Assembly (NCBI GenBank): GCA_964439395.1
Contig: CAYTNV010000014.1
Span: forward strand, 3,980-67,979
From: an uncultured Blautia sp.
GTDB taxonomy: Bacteria > Bacillota > Clostridia > Lachnospirales > Lachnospiraceae
Direction: 5' to 3'
DNA length: 64,000 bases
Shown here in pieces: positions 28,728 to 37,654 of this stretch (position 1 is its first letter; each line of letters opens with the position of its first letter). The position numbers and the translations under genes are program-made. The notes beneath the pieces were generated by a model that saw only the letters and a program-made list of their open reading frames with translations, was not told the origin of the DNA and did not search any database.

Positions 28728-29690
28728 ATGAGGGAAATGATAGAGACGATTGTGTCGGTACAGATGCCGATTCACGAGATATTAAAAATTAAGAAAAATA
28801 GGCTGATGCCAGACTGGCTTATAGGAGGGGAAAAAAGAATTTGTATTGTGACGGGAATTCATGGGGATGAGCTTGGAGGACAGTATATATGTTATGAAGT
28901 AATTCGAAGAATTAAGAAGGAATTTGAACATTTAAAGGGAATTGTAGATGTATATCCAGCTTTAAATCCACTTGGGTTAGATTCCCTAATTCGAGGAGTA
29001 CCTCAGTTTGATTTTGATATGAACACTATTTTCCCAGGAAAAAAAGATGGAGATATGGTAGAAAATATTGCTTATCATATTGTAAAAGAGCTAGAAAATG
29101 CAGATATTTGTATTGATATACATTCAAGCAATATTAATTTAAAGGAGATTCCACAAGTTCGTGTGGGAGATAAACTGACAAAAGACACAATGAAATTTGC
29201 GAAAGTAATGAATACAGATTTAGTCTGGATTCATCCGTCCAATACAGTAAAAGAGGGAAGCTTAACTTATGCATTGCAAAAAAAGGGTGTTACAGCTTTT
29301 GTGATCGAATCAGGTGTAGCGCTTCGAATAAATTATGAGTATTGCAATCAGATTATAGAGGGAATTTTTTGTCTGATGAAGGAAGCAGGAATATGGACTG
29401 GTGAGACAATAACTCCTAGAAAACCAATTATCTCACAGGACTGTCAAGTTCAATTTATTAACTGTGAGAGCAGTGGAATTTTTATTCCAAATGTAAGACA
29501 TGCACAGCAGGTAAAAAAGGGAGATTTAATTGGGACAATTGCGAAGCCGATTATGGGAGCAGTGATGGAGGAAATATATGCACCGATTGACGGAATAGTA
29601 TTTACACTTAGAGAGTATCCTGCTGTGCAGGAGGGAGCATTAATTGGAAGGATTTTAGGAGGCAACTATGGTAAAAGAGATTCTATATGA
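28728..29690 (+). CDS. Succinylglutamate desuccinylase/aspartoacylase-family zinc hydrolase (catalytic residues present)
   Basis: GIHGDELGG (H-x-x-E zinc ligands), CIDIHSS (third ligand His) and FVIESG (catalytic Glu). Confidence 0.8.
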   Translation: MREMIETIVSVQMPIHEILKIKKNRLMPDWLIGGEKRICIVTGIHGDELGGQYICYEVIRRIKKEFEHLKGIVDVYPALNPLGLDSLIRGVPQFDFDMNTIFPGKKDGDMVENIAYHIVKELENADICIDIHSSNINLKEIPQVRVGDKLTKDTMKFAKVMNTDLVWIHPSNTVKEGSLTYALQKKGVTAFVIESGVALRINYEYCNQIIEGIFCLMKEAGIWTGETITPRKPIISQDCQVQFINCESSGIFIPNVRHAQQVKKGDLIGTIAKPIMGAVMEEIYAPIDGIVFTLREYPAVQEGALIGRILGGNYGKRDSI

Positions 29691-30612
29691 GATGGATTCG
29701 GGCTTTCGAGAAGAATATAAAATTATAGGATATCGCTTTGGAAAAAGAGATGCGGCTGAGAAGGCGGCTTGTATTGTGGGAGCAATGCGAGGAAATGAAT
29801 ATCAGCAACTCTATATTTGTTCACAGCTAATTGTTGCCCTAGAAAAGCTTGAGAAAGTAAAGGCAATCAAAGGAGAAAATGAGATTTTAGTTATTCCCTC
29901 CTTAAGTAATACTGTGATGAATATAGGAAGGAGATTTTGGGGGAATGACGGTGCGGATTTAAACCGAGAATTTCCAGGAAATCCAAAGGGAGAGACACAA
30001 AGTAGAATTGCAGATGCCCTATTGAGAGAAGTAACAGGATATCAATATGGAATTCAGATACCATCTTTTTATTTGGAGGGGGAATTTATTCCACATATTC
30101 GAATGATGGATACAGGAAGAGAAAGCACAAGTTTGGCCAATTTATTTGGACTTCCTTATGTCGTGACAAGTGGTGTGAGACCTTATGATAAGAGAACATT
30201 AAATTATAATTGGCAGATGAAGGGAACAGACGCATTTTCACTTTACACAAATGCTACAGATACAATCAATGAAAAGGAGGCGATGCAAGCAGTTTCTGCC
30301 ATTTTGAGATTTTTGACGAGAATGGGTATTATTAAGTATCAATGCCATAATGGTTATATTGCCACCGTTTTAAACGAGAATGATTTGGTTAATATAAAAG
30401 CAAATACAGCAGGTTTTTTACGAAAAAGGGTGGAAAATAATCAGGAAGTAAAAAGAGGAGAGACTTTAGCGGAGATTATAGATCCGTATGAAGGCACTGC
30501 TTTATCAAAGTTAAAGGCAAGTACGGACGGAATCATTTTTTATACGAGAAGTAAGCCGGTTATATTCCAAAATTCGATTGCATTTCAGATTATAAAAAGA
30601 TTACATAGTTAG
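29668..30612 (+). CDS. Desuccinylase/aspartoacylase-family paralog with degenerate active site
   Basis: Same fold pattern, but the equivalent positions read GAMRGNEYQ, GIQIPSF and AFSLYTN. ATG behind AGGAGG. 23-nt overlap with the upstream paralog. Confidence 0.75.
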   Translation: MVKEILYEMDSGFREEYKIIGYRFGKRDAAEKAACIVGAMRGNEYQQLYICSQLIVALEKLEKVKAIKGENEILVIPSLSNTVMNIGRRFWGNDGADLNREFPGNPKGETQSRIADALLREVTGYQYGIQIPSFYLEGEFIPHIRMMDTGRESTSLANLFGLPYVVTSGVRPYDKRTLNYNWQMKGTDAFSLYTNATDTINEKEAMQAVSAILRFLTRMGIIKYQCHNGYIATVLNENDLVNIKANTAGFLRKRVENNQEVKRGETLAEIIDPYEGTALSKLKASTDGIIFYTRSKPVIFQNSIAFQIIKRLHS

Positions 30613-30919
30613 GCTTTTAGAAATAAAAACTTAGCTAGTTTTGCTGATAATATGGATGAAATATAAGAGACTATATGCTGTTTTTACTATATATTTTTGA
30701 ATTTAACAGAAGAAAAATATAGAAATGCATAAAGAAAAAAAGGATAAGAAAAAAGAAATCTTGATAAATGGCATAAACGTCATTTTCCGAGAAAATAAAA
30801 TATTAGACAGATTTCAAAAAAAGTTTTGCATTTTCTGACAAATGCGGTATAATGTGACTGAATACCAGATGACTAAAAGGTAAAGGTTAAATCGTAAAAG
30901 ACAGATTATGGAGGAATTT

Positions 30920-33900
30920 ATGAGTCAGGTAAAAAGAGTTTATGTAGAAAAGAAGGCAGACTATGCGGTAAAAGCAAAAGAGCTGTTGGCAGAAATTAAA
31001 GCATATCTTTCTATAGAAAAGATTGATAATGTGAGACAGTTGATTCGCTATGATATAGAAAATGTATCCGAGGATACTTATAATATGGCAAAAGATACTG
31101 TATTTAGCGAGCCGCCAGTCGATCATTTGTATGAAGAAGAATTTCCTTTAAACGAAAAAGAAACTGTATTTAGCGTAGAGTTTTTGCCAGGCCAGTTCGA
31201 CCAAAGAGCAGACTCTGCTGAGCAATGTTTAAAACTTTTAAACGAAAAGGAAGATCCAACAATTCGCTCCGCTGTTACGTATGTATTAGAGGGTGATTTG
31301 AGTGAAGAAGAAATAGAGAAAATTAAATCCTATTGTATTAATCCAGTGGATTCTAGACAGTCTGAAGAAAATAAGCCAGATACCTTGCTTACTGATTTTG
31401 AAGAGCCAGAGGATGTAGCTATTTTTGATGGGTTTTCTAAGATGCCAGAGGAAGAATTAAAGAAATTATATGATTCTTTAGGACTTGCTATGACATTTAA
31501 AGATTTCCTGCATATTCAAAATTATTTTAACAAGGAAGAAGAGCGTGATCCATCCATGACAGAGATTCGTGTATTGGATACGTATTGGTCAGATCATTGT
31601 AGACATACTACTTTTTCCACAGAACTTAAAAATATTGAGTTTGGAGAGGGATATTATAAGGAGATATTAGAAAGTACTTATAAAGAGTATTTAGCAGATA
31701 GAGAAGAACTTTATAAAGGAAGAAAAGATAAATTCGTATGTCTTATGGACTTAGCTCTTATCGCCATGAAAAAAATCAAAGCGGATGGCGGCTTAGAAGA
31801 TATGGAAGAGTCTGATGAGATTAACGCATGTAGCATTGTTGTTCCAGTTACAATCGACGGACAGACAGAGGAATGGTTAATTAGCTTTAAAAATGAGACA
31901 CATAACCATCCAACAGAGATTGAGCCTTTTGGTGGGGCAGCTACTTGCCTTGGTGGAGCAATCCGCGACCCACTCTCGGGACGTTCTTATGTATATCAGG
32001 CTATGCGTGTCACAGGTGCAGCAGACCCAACGCTTCCGCTCGACTGGACATTAAATGGAAAGCTCCCACAGAGAAAATTAACGACGGGTGCGGCAGATGG
32101 TTATAGTTCTTATGGTAACCAGATTGGTTTGGCTACAGGTATGGTAGATGAGGTTTATCATCCAAACTACGTGGCAAAGCGTTTAGAGATTGGTGCCGTT
32201 ATGGGTGCAGCTCCAAGAAAAAATGTTGTTCGTGAGACGTCTGATCCAGGGGATATTATTATTTTATTAGGTGGAAGAACAGGTAGAGATGGTTGTGGTG
32301 GAGCCACAGGTTCCTCTAAAGTACACACAGAACAATCGATTGAGACATGTGGTGCTGAGGTACAAAAAGGTAATCCGCCTACAGAGAGAAAAATTCAGAG
32401 ATTATTTAGACGAGAGGAAGTAAGCCGCTTAATTAAAAAGTGTAATGATTTTGGTGCAGGTGGAGTTTCCGTTGCAATCGGAGAACTTGCGGATGGTTTA
32501 CAAATTCAGCTTGATAAAGTTCCTAAAAAATATGCAGGTCTTGACGGGACAGAGCTCGCTATTTCTGAGTCTCAAGAGCGTATGGCAGTTGTCGTTGATC
32601 CTAAGGATGTAGATACTTTCCTTGCCTATGCGAAAGAAGAGAATTTGGAGGCAGTAGAAGTTGCCGTTGTCACAGAGGAAAAACGTCTTGTTATGTACTG
32701 GAGAGGTAAGACAATTGTAGATTTATCTCGTGCTTTTTTGGATACAAACGGTGCGCATCAAGAAACAGATGTATTCGTGACAATCCCAGAGTATAGAGAC
32801 GGATATGAAGTAAGAGATAGTGCGGCTATAAACTTAGAGGATATGTGGAAAGATTGTATGGAGGATTTAAATGTATGCTCTAAGAAAGGACTTGTGGAAA
32901 TGTTTGACAGCTCTATTGGAGCGGCTACTGTTTTGATGCCATATGGTGGTAAAAATCAGTCCACACCAATCCAGACAATGATAGCTAAGCTTCCAATTTT
33001 GAAGGGAGAGTCTGATACGGTAACGATGATGAGTTATGGATTCGACCCATATATTTCTAGTTGGAGTCCATATCATGGCGCCATTTATTCAGTTATTGAG
33101 TCTATGGCTAAAATTGTGGCAAGCGGTGGAAATTATGAGAAGATTCGCTTCACATTCCAAGAGTACTTCAAGCGTCTCGGTGAGGATAAAGAACGTTGGG
33201 GTGAGCCATTTGCAGCATTGCTCGGTGCTTATAGCATTCAAAAAGCATTTGGACTTCCATCCATCGGTGGAAAAGACAGTATGTCTGGTACATTCAATGA
33301 TATTGATGTTCCGCCAACTTTAGTATCTTTTGCTGTAGATATTGGAGATGCAAATCATATTATTACTCCGGAGTTGAAAAAGAAGGATAACCATCTTGTT
33401 TTAGTGAGAGTTCCTCTAGATAAGTTTAGAGTACCAGATTATAAAGTGGCAGCTATAAACTATCGTCATATTTATAAGATGGCGAGAAAAGGACAAATTG
33501 AGTCTGCATATGCTATCGGAAAAGGTGGTATCATTGGTGCCATCAGTAAGATGGCATTCGGAAACGGACTTGGTGTTCGTCTGGATGGTGATTTAAGTTT
33601 AGAGCAGTTGACTGAGAAATGCTATGGTTCTATTCTTCTTGAGGTAACTTCAAGAAATATCCGCAATATTGGACTTCCTTGTGTATATGTCGGTGAGGTT
33701 ATTGGAGAGCAGGAAATTCAATACAAAAATGAAGAATTTGACTTGGCAAAGATGGAGGAAATTTGGAATAGTCAGCTTGAATCCGTATTCCCTACAAATT
33801 CGGGAATTGAGCCTATGCAGTTGGATACGCCAGTTTATGATGCATATGGTAAGATTTATATTGCAAAGAATAAAGTCGCAGTTCCAAAGGTATTTATCCC

Positions 33901-34678
33901 TGTATTCCCAGGAACAAACTGCGAGTATGATACAGCAAAAGCATTTGAGTTAGCGGGAGCAAAGGTAGAGACAAGAGTATTTAGAAACTTGACAGAGCAA
34001 GACATTAGAGATTCTATTGAGGAGTTTGAGAAGGCAATTTCTGATGCTCAGATTATTATGTTCCCAGGTGGATTTAGTGCCGGTGATGAGCCAGAAGGTT
34101 CTGCAAAATTCTTTGCCACAGTATTTAGAAATGAAAAGATGAAGGAAGCAGTTCATAAATTATTAGATGAGAGAGACGGACTTGCACTTGGTATTTGCAA
34201 TGGATTCCAGGCACTTATTAAGCTTGGACTTTTACCTTACGGTGAGATTACAAAACAGCAGGCAGATTCTCCAACATTGACAATGAATAGCATTGGTCGT
34301 CATATTTCCAAGATGGTTCATACAAAGATTGTTTCTAATAAGTCTCCATGGCTAAAGAATGCAATTTTGAGACAAAGTTATGTAATTCCAGCATCCCATG
34401 GTGAGGGACGCTTTGTTGCAAGTAAAGAGTGGATTGAAAAATTATTTGAGAATGGACAGGTTGCGACACAGTATGTTGACTTAAATGGGCATCCTACGAT
34501 GGATGAGAGATTTAATCCAAATGGTTCTTATGCGGCAATCGAGGGAATTACAAGTCCAGATGGAAGAATTTTAGGTAAGATGGCTCATTCTGAGCGTATT
34601 GGATTAAATGTAGCCAAAAATATTCCTGGAAATCAAAATCAGCATATTTTTGAAGCAGGAGTAGAGTACTTTAAATAG
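30920..34678 (+). CDS. purL: Phosphoribosylformylglycinamidine synthase, single-chain large form
   Basis: About 1250 aa with FGAM synthetase N, AIR-synthase-like repeats and a C-terminal glutaminase (GICNGFQ). The ATG at 30920 has GGAGG 7 nt upstream. Confidence 0.95.
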   Translation: MSQVKRVYVEKKADYAVKAKELLAEIKAYLSIEKIDNVRQLIRYDIENVSEDTYNMAKDTVFSEPPVDHLYEEEFPLNEKETVFSVEFLPGQFDQRADSAEQCLKLLNEKEDPTIRSAVTYVLEGDLSEEEIEKIKSYCINPVDSRQSEENKPDTLLTDFEEPEDVAIFDGFSKMPEEELKKLYDSLGLAMTFKDFLHIQNYFNKEEERDPSMTEIRVLDTYWSDHCRHTTFSTELKNIEFGEGYYKEILESTYKEYLADREELYKGRKDKFVCLMDLALIAMKKIKADGGLEDMEESDEINACSIVVPVTIDGQTEEWLISFKNETHNHPTEIEPFGGAATCLGGAIRDPLSGRSYVYQAMRVTGAADPTLPLDWTLNGKLPQRKLTTGAADGYSSYGNQIGLATGMVDEVYHPNYVAKRLEIGAVMGAAPRKNVVRETSDPGDIIILLGGRTGRDGCGGATGSSKVHTEQSIETCGAEVQKGNPPTERKIQRLFRREEVSRLIKKCNDFGAGGVSVAIGELADGLQIQLDKVPKKYAGLDGTELAISESQERMAVVVDPKDVDTFLAYAKEENLEAVEVAVVTEEKRLVMYWRGKTIVDLSRAFLDTNGAHQETDVFVTIPEYRDGYEVRDSAAINLEDMWKDCMEDLNVCSKKGLVEMFDSSIGAATVLMPYGGKNQSTPIQTMIAKLPILKGESDTVTMMSYGFDPYISSWSPYHGAIYSVIESMAKIVASGGNYEKIRFTFQEYFKRLGEDKERWGEPFAALLGAYSIQKAFGLPSIGGKDSMSGTFNDIDVPPTLVSFAVDIGDANHIITPELKKKDNHLVLVRVPLDKFRVPDYKVAAINYRHIYKMARKGQIESAYAIGKGGIIGAISKMAFGNGLGVRLDGDLSLEQLTEKCYGSILLEVTSRNIRNIGLPCVYVGEVIGEQEIQYKNEEFDLAKMEEIWNSQLESVFPTNSGIEPMQLDTPVYDAYGKIYIAKNKVAVPKVFIPVFPGTNCEYDTAKAFELAGAKVETRVFRNLTEQDIRDSIEEFEKAISDAQIIMFPGGFSAGDEPEGSAKFFATVFRNEKMKEAVHKLLDERDGLALGICNGFQALIKLGLLPYGEITKQQADSPTLTMNSIGRHISKMVHTKIVSNKSPWLKNAILRQSYVIPASHGEGRFVASKEWIEKLFENGQVATQYVDLNGHPTMDERFNPNGSYAAIEGITSPDGRILGKMAHSERIGLNVAKNIPGNQNQHIFEAGVEYFK

Positions 34679-34693
34679 AAGGTAGAACAATTT

Positions 34694-35383
34694 ATGAGAA
34701 AGGCGAGAGCAAAAAAGTCAAATAAGAAGAAAATCATAATTATTTTTATCATTATCTTAATTTTGGCAGCTATAGCAGCTTTTTTTGGATATCAAGCAAA
34801 ACAGTTTCGAGATCAAAAAAGATATCGAAGACATATGGTGAATGCATATCAGCAAGGAGACTATAATATTGCTCTAGAGTACCAGAAAGATATCGATAGA
34901 ACAAAGAATTTATTTAGTATTCTATTAGAGGATGATGTGGATTATTATAAGGCAGATTGTTATGTGAAGTTAGAGCAGTATGATAAAGCCATTGCTATTT
35001 ATGATCAGATGATTGAAAAGAAAGCAGATGATTCCAAAAATTATATGATGAAGGGCAACTGCTATATGAAGCAAAAGCAAATCAAAAAGGCTCTGGAGAC
35101 ATATAAGACAGGATATGAGGCTACACAAGATACAATACTTCTTCCAAATCTCGCATATTGCTATATAAAAAGGGAAAACTATGATAAAGCGATGGAAGTT
35201 GTGAAAAAGGGTTTAGCTTCAGAAGATGAGAGTATTAAACAGGAATTACTTTTTGATGAGATTGTCTTATACGAGAAGAAAATGGACTACGAGACGGCTT
35301 ATGAAAAGGCGAAAGAGTATGTAAATTTATATCCAGATGATGAAAACGGAATAAAGGAATTGACCTTTTTAGAGACAAGATAA
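34694..35383 (+). CDS. Membrane-anchored TPR-repeat protein
   Basis: N-terminal K-rich segment plus a TM helix, then TPR-like repeats (Y/A/L periodicity). Confidence 0.7.
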   Translation: MRKARAKKSNKKKIIIIFIIILILAAIAAFFGYQAKQFRDQKRYRRHMVNAYQQGDYNIALEYQKDIDRTKNLFSILLEDDVDYYKADCYVKLEQYDKAIAIYDQMIEKKADDSKNYMMKGNCYMKQKQIKKALETYKTGYEATQDTILLPNLAYCYIKRENYDKAMEVVKKGLASEDESIKQELLFDEIVLYEKKMDYETAYEKAKEYVNLYPDDENGIKELTFLETR

Positions 35384-35397
35384 TAGAAGAATAAAAT

Positions 35398-35460
35398 AGA
35401 GAGTCATTGCGCAGAATAAAAAAGGATTTAAAATATCGGTGCGATGACTCTTTGTTTATA
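35398..35460 (+). terminator. Terminator after the TPR gene
   Basis: 13-bp stem AGAGTCATTGCGC / GTGCGATGACTCT (two G-U pairs), then TTGTTTATATT. Confidence 0.55.
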
Positions 35461-35573
35461 TTACTTTGAAAGTTTTGTATAGTAGCCATGAAATTAGAGA
35501 ATGCTTATATGGAATGATTCATGGATATTGGACGAGCTAATCTGTAGAAGTACGTATATTACGAGGAGGGTGT

Positions 35574-36806
35574 ATGGAAGAAAAAGAATTTGTTATTTTA
35601 GTAGGAGTACAAGAACCAGATAATGAGGATATCACAGAGTCGATAGACGAGCTTGGTGAGTTGGCGGATACTGCAGGAGCAACTGTAGTAGGTCGTTTAA
35701 TTCAAAAAAGAGAAAAAATACATCCGGGTACTTATATTGGAAAAGGAAAGATAGAAGAACTAAAAGAATTTATTTTTATAACAAATGCGACAGGAATTAT
35801 ATGCGACGATGAACTATCGCCAGCACAAATGAACCAGCTGCAGCAGGAATTGGACTGTAAAGTAATGGACAGGACATTAGTTATTTTAGAGATTTTTGCC
35901 ATGCATGCGAAGAGCAGAGAAGGAAAAATACAAGTAGAACTTGCACAGCTTCGCTATCGACAGGCAAGATTAGTAGGTCTTAGAAATTCATTATCTAGAC
36001 TGGGCGGTGGAATTGGGACGCGAGGTCCTGGAGAGAAAAAACTTGAGATGGATCGAAGATTGATTCGCGAGAGAATTTCTCATCTAAAAAGGGAATTAAA
36101 AGATGTTATTTGTCATAGAGAATTAATCCGTTCTCAAAGACAGAAAACCAATCAAAAAATAGCGGCGTTAGTTGGATATAGTAGTGCGGGGAAATCCGCT
36201 CTTTTAAATGCTTTGACGGGAGCGGAGGTCTTAGAGGAAGATAAATTGTTTTCTACTTTAGATACGACAACGAGAGTTTTATGTCTTCCAGGTAAGCAAA
36301 AGGTTTTACTGACAGATACGGTAGGTTTTATCCGAAAACTTCCACATCATTTAGTAGAGGCATTTAAGAGTACTTTGGAGGAGGCCTGCTATGCAGATAT
36401 ATTAATTCATGTCGTAGACGTTTCAAATCCGCAGATGGAGGCACAGATGAAAGTTGCCTATGAGACGTTAAAAAGTTTAAATATTAAAGAGAAACCAATT
36501 ATTACGGTTTTCCATAAGCAAGATAAATTGGAGGAGAAGAAATATTTTCATGATTTTTCTTCCGATTACTCTCTTATGACGTCAGTAAAAACTGGGCAGG
36601 GATTAGAAGAATTAAAAGAGACTTTGGCAGATATACTAAGAAGCGAGCAGAAATATTTAGAGAAAATATTTCATTATGGTGAAGTAAGTTTGATTCAACA
36701 AATTCGAAAAAAAGGAGAATTACTTGAGGAAGAATATTTACCAGAGGGAATTTTAGTGAAAGCTTATGTGCCAAATGAAATATATCAAAGATTAAATATA
36801 GACTAA
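35574..36806 (+). CDS. hflX: GTPase HflX
   Basis: HflX N-domain, P-loop GYSSAGKS and DTVGF. Confidence 0.9.
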   Translation: MEEKEFVILVGVQEPDNEDITESIDELGELADTAGATVVGRLIQKREKIHPGTYIGKGKIEELKEFIFITNATGIICDDELSPAQMNQLQQELDCKVMDRTLVILEIFAMHAKSREGKIQVELAQLRYRQARLVGLRNSLSRLGGGIGTRGPGEKKLEMDRRLIRERISHLKRELKDVICHRELIRSQRQKTNQKIAALVGYSSAGKSALLNALTGAEVLEEDKLFSTLDTTTRVLCLPGKQKVLLTDTVGFIRKLPHHLVEAFKSTLEEACYADILIHVVDVSNPQMEAQMKVAYETLKSLNIKEKPIITVFHKQDKLEEKKYFHDFSSDYSLMTSVKTGQGLEELKETLADILRSEQKYLEKIFHYGEVSLIQQIRKKGELLEEEYLPEGILVKAYVPNEIYQRLNID

Positions 36807-36950
36807 GAATTTTATCGTATAAAGAGTATTTTGTGTAATACAGCTATAAAAAAGACAATTTTCTCAAATAAAACTATACAAAACGAATAAGAAATAGTTG
36901 ACAACTTCTGGGAAAAATGCTAACATTATAACATAAAGATTCATATGGAA

Positions 36951-36983
36951 GGATTATTGCTTTAGAGAAAGCAAAGCCTAGAT
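36951..36983 (+). promoter_or_regulatory. RAT-like (ribonucleic antiterminator) element
   Basis: GGATTATTGCTTTAGAGAAAGCAAAGCCTAGAT compared with the recalled LicT/SacY RAT consensus GGATTGTTACTG...CAGGCAAAACCTAAA. Its 3' half overlaps the terminator's 5' arm. Confidence 0.5.
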
Positions 36984-37032
36984 TGTATCATATTTTTCAC
37001 CGTACATGACATACATTTTAGGTTCTTTTTTT
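36975..37032 (+). terminator. Leader terminator upstream of ptsH, overlapping the RAT
   Basis: AGCCTAGATTGTATCAT pairs with ATGACATACATTTTAGGTT (one mismatch, one 2-nt bulge), followed by CTTTTTTT. Confidence 0.55.
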
Positions 37033-37163
37033 GCAGATATCTCTAATAGTAAAACGAAAGTTTATTTCTGATCTGACCTATGACAAAAACTGGTGGCACT
37101 TTATATGAGGGCAGACCGAAAGCAAATCTATTATAAATTTTATGAAAAAGGAGAATGATAATT

Positions 37164-37427
37164 ATGGTATCACAAAAAATTGTAATCAAAAATGAGCAAG
37201 GTTTACACATGCGTCCAGCAGGAGTTTTTGCAAAAGCTATGACAAAGTTCCAGAGTGATGTTAATATTGTCTATAACGGAAACAAAACAAATGGAAAGAG
37301 TCTTTTAAATATTATTGGCGCTTGTATTAAATGTGGTTCTGAAATAGAAATCGAATGTAATGGAGCAGATGAGGCAGAGGCTTTAAAGACAGCTATCGAG
37401 TTAATCGAGTCTGGATTAGGTGAATAA
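37164..37427 (+). CDS. ptsH: Phosphocarrier protein HPr
   Basis: GLHMRPA (His15) and GKSLLNI (Ser46). The ATG at 37164 is 10 nt after AAAGGAG. Confidence 0.9.
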   Translation: MVSQKIVIKNEQGLHMRPAGVFAKAMTKFQSDVNIVYNGNKTNGKSLLNIIGACIKCGSEIEIECNGADEAEALKTAIELIESGLGE

Positions 37428-37478
37428 TTCATTAATTTGATATATTTTCGGGCAGGAAAATTTATTAATTGAGTTATA

Positions 37479-37516
37479 AAAATTCAGTGGGAGGTTTCTT
37501 TCACTGAATTTTCTAA
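37479..37516 (+). terminator. Hairpin plus U-run after ptsH
   Basis: AAAATTCAGTG / CACTGAATTTT 11-bp arms, then CTAAATC. Confidence 0.55.
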
Positions 37517-37654
37517 ATCAAAAGATAACAATGAAGATGAGAGTATGTGGGAACTTTAACGAAAGTAGCGGGATTACACTAAATAATAGATTTAAATAGT
37601 TGCTTAGGGAAAGTCAACATACAAAACATATAAAACAAAGATAGGGGTGTAAGT

